DNA of 64,000 nt from Patescibacteria group bacterium (GCA_038065475.1 JBBTQY010000003.1:14464-78463), one strand, 5' to 3'. Positions 28,247 through 37,684 are shown, numbered from the stretch's first letter. Program-made: numbers and translations. Notes: generated from the sequence alone by a model not told the origin.

Positions 28247-29253
28247 GCGAGAAACTGTTCTGAATCTGGGTTCATGCTGTAAATAACCGTGCTACCCAAG
28301 TTTTCAAAACGAAAGGGAACGTGCAAATACTGCCCCAACTTTGCGCGAACACGCGATTGATCCTCTGGGCGGACAAACAACAGCATGAACCCTCCCCCGC
28401 CTGCACCCAAAAGCTTCCCTCCGATCGCCCCCGCGCTTTGCGCATCGGCATACATAGTATCAATCGCAGACGTTGAAATCTTTGACGTAAGACTGCGCTT
28501 AACGAGCCAACCTTCATGAAGCAGTTTTCCAAAGTCGTCGATGGATTCTGGGCTACCTTTTAAAATCTCATACGCCTCATCTACCATTGTACGCATACGC
28601 GTGAGCTCTTTTGCTTTTTGTGGTGTTGTCTTTATTTGTTCGGCAGCAATCTCAGAAGCATTGCGCGGATATCCAGTAAAAAATAACATCAATCTTCCGT
28701 GGAAAATACGCATGCTCTCTTGTGAAATATCCACTGGCTCCACCCTCAATTCATCCTGCCCACCAAAGTATATTTTATTCAAACCACCAAATGCTGCAGC
28801 AACTTGATCTTGAGAGCCGACATTTTCCTTGATCATGTTCTGCTCAACATGAATGGCACTGCGAGCTAAAGCATCTTTTGATATTGTCTTACCTTCAAGT
28901 GCATGAAGAGCATTGAGAAATCCAACAGTAAATGCCGAGCTTGATCCGATACCTGACATGCCAGGCACGTCAGTGTTGTGCTGCATCTCGATACCTTGAT
29001 CGAAGGTAAGATGCGCAAGACACTCGCGCACTGATGGATGCTGAATATCAGCGAGAGCATTTACTTCTTCTTGGCGACCGTAGCGAATACGATATTTGCA
29101 GTCAAAAAACGGCGGGAGATATCTCGTCGTAATATAACAATATTTATCAATTGTCGCCGATAACACCGCCCCCCCGTGTTCTCGATACCATATAGGATAA
29201 TCCGTGCCCCCACCGAAAAAGGAGATGCGAAACGGCGTACGCGTAATAACCAT
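28243..29253 (-). CDS. hddA: GHMP-family sugar kinase (D-glycero-alpha-D-manno-heptose 7-phosphate kinase, HddA-like)
   Basis: FFGGGTDYP...PGMSGIGSSSAFTVG is the GHMP motif. True start is the internal ATG at 29253 (MVITRTPF). The longer track ORF is an alternate-frame read-through over the radical-SAM gene. Confidence 0.8.
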   Translation of the reverse strand: MVITRTPFRISFFGGGTDYPIWYREHGGAVLSATIDKYCYITTRYLPPFFDCKYRIRYGRQEEVNALADIQHPSVRECLAHLTFDQGIEMQHNTDVPGMSGIGSSSAFTVGFLNALHALEGKTISKDALARSAIHVEQNMIKENVGSQDQVAAAFGGLNKIYFGGQDELRVEPVDISQESMRIFHGRLMLFFTGYPRNASEIAAEQIKTTPQKAKELTRMRTMVDEAYEILKGSPESIDDFGKLLHEGWLVKRSLTSKISTSAIDTMYADAQSAGAIGGKLLGAGGGGFMLLFVRPEDQSRVRAKLGQYLHVPFRFENLGSTVIYSMNPDSEQFLA

Positions 29254-29285
29254 TGAAGTTACCTTACGCTTTTTAGCGTATTTTT

Positions 29286-29322
29286 TCAATAAAAAATGGG
29301 CCGCGAAATGACTTCGCGGCCC
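29286..29322 (-). terminator. Rho-independent terminator of the radical-SAM gene
   Basis: 10-bp stem GGGCCGCGAA/TTCGCGGCCC 5 nt after the stop codon, followed by ATTTTTTATT on the minus strand. Confidence 0.6.
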
Positions 29323-29326
29323 CGTG

Positions 29327-31300
29327 CTAGTAGTGCCCCTCTCGTTCGAGGTTCGCAGCCGTACCGTAGAGGTAGGCGCCCTTCTTGTTGCCATACCACA
29401 CGACGTGCTGCATCCAGTCTTCCCACGTCGACCATTGTTCCGTGGTGCGATCGATATGGTGCCACACCATACACTCTTTAAGATCCACCGCTTCGGATCC
29501 TTCGAGCATACGGCGCGCCGAATGGTAGACCCCCCACACATTGTAACGAAGTGAGAGATCGACATCTTTGGTCTGAAAAGGAAGTTTGACAAGACTCTGG
29601 TTGAGCAGAACCGCATCCGCAAGAAGTAGTGCGGGAATCGTAACGGAACGCTCCGAGAAGAAACGAGCGAGAAGAGAGCTAGCTTCTTGGTAAAACGCGG
29701 AGAGCTTACCCTCACGCGCGAGCTTGATGAAGACGTACTCGTCCGGCGGCCAGTAGACATTGAGCCACTCTGGTGCCGGACATTGCTCGATATCGCCTCC
29801 TTGGATACGCCGTGCCTTCTCTTGGAAAAAGGCGCGGATCTCCGAGAGAACCGGATATCCTGCGAGCGATCCTTCGGTGAACACCTCGATGAGCTCCCGA
29901 TACGAGACACCCGTCGTCTTTTGAAGAACCACGAGTGGTATCTGAAAAAGCTTGTCGAAGTGAAGAAGTGCGGTCATCCAGGAAAAGACACGCGCCCTGA
30001 CCCAGTCTTCGCGTGGCATCGCGTTAGTTGCGACGACCAAGTCTTCGTACTCACGAATCTGATCCGGCGTCGTATCGATGACGCCATGGTAGATGACAGC
30101 TTCGACTGATACCGACTGAATGCCGAATTGTGCCTGATAGTCAGGATTACCCATCTCAGCATTTGGCAAGATGGAACAGTTGCTGAACTGGATCCGATTG
30201 TGCTGACCCGATTCGATCGCCTCCGATACTCCGGCGACGAACGTTTCGTAGGTCTCTCCCGGCAGCGCGAGAATCAAATCGCTATACGTCTCGATGCCCG
30301 CGGCGGTAAACCGCTTTTGCAGGCGACGAAAATCTTCGAGCGAAATATTCCGACGCTTGATGGATTCGAGCGTGACCGGATCAAGAGATTGGAACGCGAG
30401 CGTCACCCCCTTGTTGAGGCCGGCGTCTGCGAGAATCTTCTGCGCCTGAAAGATGCGCTCTTCTGCGTTCTTCGCGTTCTGTACGGAGAGCGCGTGAGGA
30501 TACCCTAGGCGCGCCTTCACGCTCGCTGCATACCGTGCGATCTCAACATCCCGAGGGAAAATGCCGAAGTTCGCATCGCAGCAAAACATGAACTCGATAC
30601 GATGGGCAGCGACCCACTCGAGCTCGGCGTAGAGGCGACTTTCATCAAACCTAAACACCTTACTCGCAATCGCAGAACCCCAATCGCAAAATGTGCATGC
30701 GAACGGGCATCCGCGATTTGTCTCCCACAGAAACAACCACTGCTCTTCGGGATGTTCAGCCATAAGTTGGCTAAACACGCCGGAGGTGTAGGGAGACGGA
30801 ATGAGTGAAAGATCGGGAATGCGCGGCATGCGCTCGTTTTGCACGTACCGTCCTTCTTCGTCGATGAAGCTCGTCGAAGGAATGTCGTGCCAATCGCGCA
30901 CGGATGCGCGCTCGAGCACGCGTGTGAACACCTGCTCGCCTTCATTGTGACACGCGACATCCACCCATGGATGCGCGCGCAAGAACAACTCTGACCGATC
31001 GGGTACCTGTGGTCCGCCGAAGACGATGATCACGGCGGGGTTTTGCTCTTTGAGCTGTCGCGCGATCTCGAGCGAGATATTTTGATTCCAGACATAGAGA
31101 CTGAAACCTACGATATCCGCGCTACGAAGCGCTTCGAGGGCATCATCAAGCGCGATGCGCTTGTAGAGCGGTGGGAGAAATTCGTACTCATGAGATGCGG
31201 CGAGGTGCTGTTGGGCATACGCCTGCAATATCCCTACGGAGTACGGAAGATAGTTTTGTCCTGAGAAACTGTTGTTGATCTGTACGAGTCCGACTCTCAT
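29327..31300 (-). CDS. Cobalamin(B12)-binding radical SAM enzyme (class B radical SAM) with a C-terminal extension of about 250 aa
   Basis: N-terminal B12-binding region, then the radical SAM cluster motif CPFACTFC (CxxxCxxC). Total length 657 aa. SD AAAGGAGG lies 9 nt upstream of the ATG. GC-rich. Confidence 0.85.
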   Translation of the reverse strand: MRVGLVQINNSFSGQNYLPYSVGILQAYAQQHLAASHEYEFLPPLYKRIALDDALEALRSADIVGFSLYVWNQNISLEIARQLKEQNPAVIIVFGGPQVPDRSELFLRAHPWVDVACHNEGEQVFTRVLERASVRDWHDIPSTSFIDEEGRYVQNERMPRIPDLSLIPSPYTSGVFSQLMAEHPEEQWLFLWETNRGCPFACTFCDWGSAIASKVFRFDESRLYAELEWVAAHRIEFMFCCDANFGIFPRDVEIARYAASVKARLGYPHALSVQNAKNAEERIFQAQKILADAGLNKGVTLAFQSLDPVTLESIKRRNISLEDFRRLQKRFTAAGIETYSDLILALPGETYETFVAGVSEAIESGQHNRIQFSNCSILPNAEMGNPDYQAQFGIQSVSVEAVIYHGVIDTTPDQIREYEDLVVATNAMPREDWVRARVFSWMTALLHFDKLFQIPLVVLQKTTGVSYRELIEVFTEGSLAGYPVLSEIRAFFQEKARRIQGGDIEQCPAPEWLNVYWPPDEYVFIKLAREGKLSAFYQEASSLLARFFSERSVTIPALLLADAVLLNQSLVKLPFQTKDVDLSLRYNVWGVYHSARRMLEGSEAVDLKECMVWHHIDRTTEQWSTWEDWMQHVVWYGNKKGAYLYGTAANLEREGHY

Positions 31301-31342
31301 CAGTACTTTCCTCCTTTCATTTTTTTAAGGTTCGTACTGGTG

Positions 31343-31371
31343 TTCCTGTGTCAATAAACCAATAAAATAGT
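31343..31371 (-). promoter_or_regulatory. Putative sigma70-like promoter TTGACA-N17-TTTATT for the radical-SAM gene
   Basis: Consensus -35 with a 17-nt spacer, about 35 nt upstream of the SD and ATG. It lies between an upstream terminator and the gene. Confidence 0.4.
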
Positions 31372-31390
31372 ATTTTGTCAATATTCCTCA

Positions 31391-31424
31391 AAAAGAAAAG
31401 CAGGGGCCCCGTGAGGAGTCCCTG
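31391..31424 (-). terminator. Putative intrinsic terminator after the methyltransferase gene
   Basis: GC-rich hairpin CAGGG-(GGGGCCCC-containing loop)-CCCTG followed by CTTTTCTTTTT on the minus strand. Confidence 0.35.
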
Positions 31425-31448
31425 ATGTTTGATGGCGTGCCTTTTTTT

Positions 31449-32393
31449 TCATAAAGGCCGCCACACGATGTAGGAGTACGCGTCGTGATAGAGATTGCCG
31501 AAATGCACCCGTTGCACGCGCTCAAGCTCGATACGGCCTTGGCCTTCGAGCTCGCGAAGCCGCGTCAAGTATCCCGACAAATAGTTGCGTTTGCGAGAAA
31601 ACTGCAGCGCGAGCGCATCAGTCACCTGCGTCGGATCGTAAAGCTCCTCGATCCCGTCAACATGCACGAAGCACACGCATGGGTGTTCGAGTACCGACTG
31701 GATGAAGGGTTCGAATGCTCCACCGACTTGCTCGAGTGCATGAAATGCCAAGAGCGCATCGCTCGGCGCATGATCCATACGCACTGATGGAGCGAAAAGA
31801 TCGAAGACATCGCCCCGCACATTCCACCCACATCCTGTACGCATGACCTCGATTATGTCACGCGACGCTTCCGCCCAATCGTACCCGAAGAGTTTCTTTT
31901 CGGGATACATCACGGCGAGCGTCGCGAGATTCATTCCAGAACCGCATCCGAACTCGTGTATTGCCGAGGCGTTGGCGAAATACTTTTCGAACAGCCATCG
32001 GCAAAACACCTGACGCACGTTGAGCTCGAAGAGATTGCTCGCCGGCTCAATGTACTCGCCGAATAGCCGTACAGGCGCCCCAGGCCGATCATAGTACTTC
32101 GGCACGAGAGCACGAATGTTGTAGCCACTCGCCTTGAAGTCGACCAGATTCTCTGACCATCCTTCTTGCCAGCGAGGCTGTCTTCCTCGCCCCGCGGGCG
32201 CGAGACTTGGTGTATCTTCGCCGAGCCTTTCCTGGATCATCGCTATGATTTCAGATTGTCGCGATGCAGAAAGATGAGAGAATCGAAAGTCGGTCAAAAA
32301 AATCATCGCCTGCACTGCGGGCGAGAAATCGTCAACCGTCACCCCGAATAACCGGGCGAAATCACCTATCCTGAGCGTATCCATCTTGCCCAT
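31449..32393 (-). CDS. Class I SAM-dependent methyltransferase (sugar methyltransferase candidate) with an N-terminal extension of about 120 aa
   Basis: Motif I IHEFGCGSGMNL. The start ATG is in a TGATG overlap with the upstream reductase stop, so the two are translationally coupled. GC-rich. Confidence 0.7.
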   Translation of the reverse strand: MGKMDTLRIGDFARLFGVTVDDFSPAVQAMIFLTDFRFSHLSASRQSEIIAMIQERLGEDTPSLAPAGRGRQPRWQEGWSENLVDFKASGYNIRALVPKYYDRPGAPVRLFGEYIEPASNLFELNVRQVFCRWLFEKYFANASAIHEFGCGSGMNLATLAVMYPEKKLFGYDWAEASRDIIEVMRTGCGWNVRGDVFDLFAPSVRMDHAPSDALLAFHALEQVGGAFEPFIQSVLEHPCVCFVHVDGIEELYDPTQVTDALALQFSRKRNYLSGYLTRLRELEGQGRIELERVQRVHFGNLYHDAYSYIVWRPL

Positions 32394-33343
32394 CAGTGAG
32401 CACCTTGCCTTTCTCGATACCACGCGATTGTTTCTCGGAGACCGTCTCGCAAAGAAACCGCGGGACGAAATCCGATCGACTCTGCGCGTGTCGTATCCAT
32501 CACTCGTATCTGATCGCCTTCCGACTGTTCACCATCCCACACAATCGCGGGATCTTCGCCAGCCTCTTGGCAGATGATCGCGAGTAGTTCATAAATTGAA
32601 ACGCCCGTACCGCTACCGAGATTGACCGGATCGACAATACCTCGCTCGGCGACAAGCATCATCCCACGCGCAACATCGCGCGCGTGTACGAAGTCTCGTA
32701 TCTCGGTACCGTCGCCCCTCACCCGAACTGGGAATTCGCGGCTGACAACTTTGCGTACAAATGAAGGAACGACCATCGCCGCGTCTGACTCGAAGTCGTC
32801 GTGCGGGCCGTAGGTATTGGCTGGACGTACGATTGAAATAGCGTCCCAACCGTACTCAATGCGGTATGCCTCCGCCTGAAGCTCCCCCGCGCGCTTTGCG
32901 CACGCAGGAAAACGATCATTGCGTGGAAGTGGCGTGCGCCAGACATCGTCTTCACAGAAGATTGGAGCTGTATCGTACACGCCCAGAGAACTCGTGAAGA
33001 GAAATCCTTCGACGTCGCTCCGGCGCGCCGCTTCCATGAGATTCGTGTTGAACATGAGCTGCGGCACGAGCAGGTGCGCGGGCCGCGCCTTCACGGCTGC
33101 GGGTGAACCTTTCACACACAGCAGATTGAAAACGTACTCCATGCTGCTGCATGCCTGCATGCAGTTACCGAAATCCGTCAGATCGAGCCTTCGAAACTCG
33201 GCATCGGGATGTGCCAACGTCGCATCACCAAGTGACACGATGCGGACATACGCCCCCGCACGAATCAGAAGCTCGACGAGCGGGATACCGATAAGGCCGG
33301 TGCCGCCTGCGACAAGCACGTGCTTGCCTTTGAAATCAAACAT
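32393..33343 (-). CDS. NAD(P)-dependent epimerase/reductase of the GDP-L-fucose synthase (Fcl/WcaG, extended SDR) family
   Basis: Rossmann HVLVAGGTGLIG. PANTYGPHDDFESDAAMVVPSFVRK resembles the Fcl NLYGPHDNF...SHVIPALIRK region. Confidence 0.75.
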   Translation of the reverse strand: MFDFKGKHVLVAGGTGLIGIPLVELLIRAGAYVRIVSLGDATLAHPDAEFRRLDLTDFGNCMQACSSMEYVFNLLCVKGSPAAVKARPAHLLVPQLMFNTNLMEAARRSDVEGFLFTSSLGVYDTAPIFCEDDVWRTPLPRNDRFPACAKRAGELQAEAYRIEYGWDAISIVRPANTYGPHDDFESDAAMVVPSFVRKVVSREFPVRVRGDGTEIRDFVHARDVARGMMLVAERGIVDPVNLGSGTGVSIYELLAIICQEAGEDPAIVWDGEQSEGDQIRVMDTTRAESIGFRPAVSLRDGLRETIAWYRERQGAH

Positions 33344-34312
33344 TCACAACTCCTCTGGGCAAACCTGCTTGTACCAAGCAAGCGTTTGCTCGATACCTTG
33401 ATCGAGAGTGACGCGCGGACTCCACCCGTAGATTTCCCGCGCTTTAGTGATGTCGAAACATACCTTGGTCGGTATGGTGGGTTTTGAACGATCGTACGTC
33501 ACACCAAGAGTCTTCTCTGAAGCCTTGATGATACGCATGACCAGTTCCCCGATCGACACCGCGGTTCCTGCGGCGACATTAACAACGTCGTGCGGAGGAA
33601 GTGACCCTTGCCGAACATGATCGATGACGCTCGAAATGAACGCACACAGATCGCTCACGTAGAGCAGGTCTCGTTCTGGAGATCCGTCTCCCCACACGGA
33701 AAGATCTTCTCCATCCCGTGCGGCCATGATCTTGGCGACTGTCGCGCCAAAAACATGGGAATGTTCGAGATCGAACTTGTCGTGCGGTCCGTACACGTTT
33801 GATGGACGAACTACCGTGTAGCGTGTCCGACCGAGACGTGAATAGAACTCGGCGAGCTTTTCCGCGCAGATCTTCATCCAGCCAACACCGAAGTAGTTGG
33901 GGAAAAAACCATCACGCAGATCTACATCGCCTTCTGCAAACACATGAGCGGCAGTTCGCTGCGGGTATACGACACCCGAGCTCAGAAAGATCACGTGTCC
34001 GACACCCGCGTTGTGCGCCGCTTCAAACAGCAACGTATTGATGATGATGTTGCCTGCGACGTGCATTTCAGGATGATTGATGATGTCGCTCGAACCAGAA
34101 CTTTTTGCCGCGGCATGCACAATGACGTCCGTACCGCGAACAGCGGTGGCAACCTGCTGCCTATCAGTCAGATCAACCCGACGCGTGCCCGAGAGCACAC
34201 GACTGTTTGTCAGACCGACAACATCGATGTCATCACGCCCCTGCAATGCCTCGTGTATGTTGCGCCCGATGAAGCCGGACGCACCCGTAACAAGCACCCG
34301 TAACTTCTCCAT
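33344..34312 (-). CDS. Second Fcl-like NAD(P)-dependent sugar epimerase/reductase (extended SDR)
   Basis: VLVTGASGFIG and RPSNVYGPHDKFDLEHSHVFGATVAKI. Tandem paralog of the downstream gene. SD AAGGAGG lies 7 nt upstream. Confidence 0.75.
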   Translation of the reverse strand: MEKLRVLVTGASGFIGRNIHEALQGRDDIDVVGLTNSRVLSGTRRVDLTDRQQVATAVRGTDVIVHAAAKSSGSSDIINHPEMHVAGNIIINTLLFEAAHNAGVGHVIFLSSGVVYPQRTAAHVFAEGDVDLRDGFFPNYFGVGWMKICAEKLAEFYSRLGRTRYTVVRPSNVYGPHDKFDLEHSHVFGATVAKIMAARDGEDLSVWGDGSPERDLLYVSDLCAFISSVIDHVRQGSLPPHDVVNVAAGTAVSIGELVMRIIKASEKTLGVTYDRSKPTIPTKVCFDITKAREIYGWSPRVTLDQGIEQTLAWYKQVCPEEL

Positions 34313-34344
34313 AAAGCGCCTCCTTTGTCAACGAGCTCATCTTG

Positions 34345-34373
34345 CTTATAGCAAGAAATGAGCCTCCAAACAA
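34345..34373 (-). promoter_or_regulatory. Putative extended -10 promoter (TTGTTT-N17-TGCTATAAG) for the Fcl-like gene pair
   Basis: Read from sequence. The same TTGCTATAAGCA motif recurs upstream of the gene at 39210. Confidence 0.35.
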
Positions 34374-34376
34374 GCA

Positions 34377-35438
34377 CTAAAAGGGGCCTTTGAATTTACG
34401 TTCGTAGCTATAAAAATTTTCTTTCGTAAGATCGGTGGGTGTCAGTTTAAGCTGACGCTCTACCTCTCTAATGATAGTCTCAGCTCCCGGATAGAAAACC
34501 ATCTCGAGTGGGCGCGTGCACGGGCATGGAGTGTCGGCAAAATGAATGCGTCCAACTGGCGCGCGCAATACGCCAAAACATTTTTCCGAGACACGCGCAG
34601 CTATCTCAGCACCAAACCCACAAAATCCCCAATCATAGTCAGCGACAATGCAACGTTTTGTTTTTTGTACGGAACGTACGATTGTTTTTTCATCAAGTGG
34701 CACGAGTGTGCGCGGATCGACAATCTCTATCTCAACGCCACGACGCGCAAGGACTTCTGCCGCTCGGAGCGCTTCGACGTTCATCCACGATGTCGCAACA
34801 ACGGTGATATCTTTGCCACGACGCAGCACATGCGCCTTACCAAACGGCATTGGCTCCTGGCGCGCAGGAACTTTATCAATCGCGTCATAAAGCCACCGAT
34901 GTTCAATAATCAATACTGGATTATCATCACGGATTGCCGTGATGAGTAAACCCTTTGCATCCTCGGGTGTCGTTGGCATCACCACCTTCAACCCTGGAAT
35001 ATGCGCGAAGACAGATTGCATGCTTTTATTGTGCTGGTATGACTGGCCCCATCCCCTACCGATAACCGCGCGAATCACCATCGGCACTTTCATCTGTCCG
35101 CCTGATCCGTAGTGCCAGCTTGAAACCATATTTGAGAGTTGATTCATCGCGAGCAATAAAAAATCGATGCGCATATGTACGTTGATGGGTCGCAACCCCG
35201 CGAGGGCAGATCCGAGACCAAACCCGACGAGCGCCTCCTCACACAGAGGCGTACTAAATGATCGCTTTGCGCCAAACTTTTCAGCCAAACCTGCGGTCGT
35301 ACCAAAAATACCTTTGTGATCGGCAATATCAATACCATAGACAAAAACATTTTTATCTCTCTTCATCTCCTGTACCGTCGCCTCGCAAATCGCGTCCCGA
35401 TAACTCAGCATTTTTGACTGAATATTTTTTTTATCCAT
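34377..35438 (-). CDS. Thiamine-diphosphate-dependent E1 component beta subunit-like (transketolase-like pyrimidine-binding and C-terminal domains)
   Basis: KNVFVYGIDIAD...GIFGTTAGLAEKFG is the E1-beta N-terminal signature. Start ATG lies 2 nt after the alpha-subunit stop. Confidence 0.8.
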   Translation of the reverse strand: MDKKNIQSKMLSYRDAICEATVQEMKRDKNVFVYGIDIADHKGIFGTTAGLAEKFGAKRSFSTPLCEEALVGFGLGSALAGLRPINVHMRIDFLLLAMNQLSNMVSSWHYGSGGQMKVPMVIRAVIGRGWGQSYQHNKSMQSVFAHIPGLKVVMPTTPEDAKGLLITAIRDDNPVLIIEHRWLYDAIDKVPARQEPMPFGKAHVLRRGKDITVVATSWMNVEALRAAEVLARRGVEIEIVDPRTLVPLDEKTIVRSVQKTKRCIVADYDWGFCGFGAEIAARVSEKCFGVLRAPVGRIHFADTPCPCTRPLEMVFYPGAETIIREVERQLKLTPTDLTKENFYSYERKFKGPF

Positions 35439-36393
35439 AGAAAACATCTTGATATAATTCAGCATTGGCGGGAAACGGGGCGCGCTGTGCTTTACGGACA
35501 GCGCCAGCAATAGCCTGCTCAATGTCTTTCTCGATACCTAGGATTTTTGATTCTGAAAGGCCTTGTCGAATCAAACGTGCGCGCTGTAATTTTACCGGAT
35601 CGTGTTTTTCCCATACATCAAATTCCTTGCGCCCCCGATACCCAACATCAAAATCAGTATTGATCCCCACATGCTCCAAGTATCGATAATACTGCGTACT
35701 TAAAAAAACGGGCCTTTTATTTTTCTGTAATAATCGCATCGCTTTTTGTGTCGCTGCATATATCTTTTCTACATCCGTACTTTTTTCCTCAATCACCGTG
35801 CATTCAAATTTGGAAACAATAGCATCGAGTGAGCGGTACCCATGACGTCGTTCTTTTGGATTGTGTACCGCCAAACCATTGTCTTCGTAGACGAAAAGTG
35901 CCGGGATGCCGAGCGCGGCGCTCATATTTAAAGACTCCCAAAAAACACCTTCATCGACAGCACCGTCACCGAAAAAAGTCGCGGCGATAGTTTTTTTCTT
36001 CTTATATATATTGGCAAACGCCGCACCTACCGCAAGTGGTAGAGTACTCGCGACAATAGCGGAAGCTCCGAAAAAACCTGCGGATGGCGCAGAAAGATGC
36101 ATAGAACCCGCCTTTCCTTTCGCATTACCGGTACGCTTTCCGTACAGTTCCGCAAAAAAAGTATCTGCCTCACCGGTGCGCGCGAGATATACCGCGTGAC
36201 TTCTATATGAAGAAAATACTTGAGCATCCTTCCCAAGCGCATGACACACCCCGACCGAAATCGCCTCACCCCCCATAGACATATGCATGGGCGTCTTCAT
36301 GTCGTCCTCAAGATAGTGCGCAATAATAGCCTGTTCAGAAGCCCTGACAAGATAGAGTGCTTTATAGAGTTTAATACTAAGTTCTGATTTCAT
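35431..36393 (-). CDS. Thiamine-diphosphate-dependent E1 component alpha subunit-like (pyruvate/acetoin dehydrogenase E1-alpha family)
   Basis: TPP-binding FFGDGAVDEGVFWESLNMSA plus the YRSHAV...G region. Start at the internal ATG (MKSELSIKLY). Confidence 0.8.
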   Translation of the reverse strand: MKSELSIKLYKALYLVRASEQAIIAHYLEDDMKTPMHMSMGGEAISVGVCHALGKDAQVFSSYRSHAVYLARTGEADTFFAELYGKRTGNAKGKAGSMHLSAPSAGFFGASAIVASTLPLAVGAAFANIYKKKKTIAATFFGDGAVDEGVFWESLNMSAALGIPALFVYEDNGLAVHNPKERRHGYRSLDAIVSKFECTVIEEKSTDVEKIYAATQKAMRLLQKNKRPVFLSTQYYRYLEHVGINTDFDVGYRGRKEFDVWEKHDPVKLQRARLIRQGLSESKILGIEKDIEQAIAGAVRKAQRAPFPANAELYQDVFYG

Positions 36394-36511
36394 AGGTAAA
36401 CGATATCTGTAATCATAGACACTCTGAAGAAAACGTCTACCCCTGAAGCTTGCCAATGCCTTCTTTTCGGTATATCGTGCGACAAACGCATCTTAACATA
36501 CGAGGTCACTC

Positions 36512-37090
36512 ATGCGCATAAAACCGCTCGTTAAAGTTGGAAGGCCAGTCGAACTTACCAAACGCTTCTTCGGAAAAGCGATGGTGAGACAATCCTATCG
36601 ACGCCGCAACAATGGCACGATAGAAGACTACTACTTTTTCGGTCACAGCTCTCAGTGGGCATCCATCGTATTCCCACTCACGCCTACAGACGAAGTGGTC
36701 GCCATCCGGCAGTTCAGGCCTGCGGTCGGCAAAGCGATTCTCGAATTGCCTGGGGGAACCCTGGAGGACGAGGCGACGCCGGAGATAGTGGCGCGCCAAG
36801 AACTCACCGAGGAAACGGGCTACGTAGCGCGAGAACTTCTAGCTCTCACACCGCAACCGATCTTCATTGAGCCCGCAAACACGGCGCTCTCCTACCACCT
36901 CTATCTCGCGACTGGATGTCTACCGACTGGTGAACAAAGCCTTTCGCCTACCGAAGATATAGAGGTCGTGCTCATGCCGCTTCGCACATGGATACAGAAG
37001 ATTCGACGTGGCCATATCCAAGACGGCCGAAGTATCGTGGCGACCTTTCTCGCACTACCCCACCTCAAGGCGTGGGCTGGGCTCGTATGA
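36512..37090 (+). CDS. Nudix hydrolase (nucleoside-diphosphate-sugar/ADP-ribose pyrophosphatase-like)
   Basis: Nudix box GGTLEDEATPEIVARQELTEETGY. Confidence 0.75.
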   Translation: MRIKPLVKVGRPVELTKRFFGKAMVRQSYRRRNNGTIEDYYFFGHSSQWASIVFPLTPTDEVVAIRQFRPAVGKAILELPGGTLEDEATPEIVARQELTEETGYVARELLALTPQPIFIEPANTALSYHLYLATGCLPTGEQSLSPTEDIEVVLMPLRTWIQKIRRGHIQDGRSIVATFLALPHLKAWAGLV

Positions 37091-37102
37091 ATACGAGCCC
37101 TT

Positions 37103-37597
37103 TTATATAGTTTTTTTAATTTTTTCTATAATGCTCGTGGTTGAAATATTTTCAAATTCGGGTGGACACCAACGATCAAGCATGACAAACTGTATCTTAT
37201 GTTTTTTAGCAATCTCTTCCCGATAGGATAGATCGAAGGCATCCTTATTGACGACATACACGTCCGGATGGAGTCCCGCGAACAACGGCTCAAGATAAGC
37301 GTTCAAATTATCTGCAGGCACCGGACCATCGAATAAGACATAATCAACGGGCTTGAGCGAATCAACCATCTTGATACGCACCTCTTCATTCAGTATCGGG
37401 CGGCCGCTCTTATATTTTTTAATATTTTCATCACATCCAACCACGACGACTAAAATATCGCCGTACTTTTTGCACTCATCAAAAAAAAGCGCGTGACCTG
37501 CATGAGTCAAATCAAACACGCCCGAACAAAAAATAATCTTTTTGTTCTTGTGTGTCTCGCGAATATTTGGTAAGTCAGTATATGTGATGCGCGCCAT
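37103..37597 (-). CDS. Cytidylyltransferase-family nucleotidyltransferase (TagD glycerol-3-phosphate cytidylyltransferase / HldE domain II-like)
   Basis: IIFCSGVFDLTHAGHALFFDECKKYGDILVVVVGCDENI (HxGH motif) and a C-terminal ISTTSIIEKIKK that resembles the TagD C-terminus. Start at the internal ATG (MARITYTDL). Confidence 0.75.
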   Translation of the reverse strand: MARITYTDLPNIRETHKNKKIIFCSGVFDLTHAGHALFFDECKKYGDILVVVVGCDENIKKYKSGRPILNEEVRIKMVDSLKPVDYVLFDGPVPADNLNAYLEPLFAGLHPDVYVVNKDAFDLSYREEIAKKHKIQFVMLDRWCPPEFENISTTSIIEKIKKTI

Positions 37598-37684
37598 CGT
37601 GACTGTTATGGTACTGAAAAATATTGCTAACGACAACTTGATAAAAAAATGGGGGGGTGACGCCACCCCCCCTTCCTGCGTACC

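Noticed and set aside
28243-29910. A 555-aa track ORF that appears to extend the GHMP kinase about 220 aa upstream with a Ser/Arg-rich N-terminus.
   Set aside because: The extension is an alternate-frame read across the 3' end of the GC-rich radical-SAM gene, and GC-rich DNA produces long stop-free alternate frames. The kinase domain begins at the internal ATG at 29253 (MVITRTPF), which lies downstream of the radical-SAM stop and terminator.
29327-34312. The possibility that the GC-rich blocks are metagenome assembly chimeras rather than true insertions.
   Set aside because: I cannot exclude this without reads. It is disfavoured because the blocks are functionally coherent with the surrounding sugar pathway, share the locus' minus-strand operon direction, and contain internally coupled genes (TGATG overlap at 32393). 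Each junction also carries a plausible promoter or terminator rather than an abrupt break.
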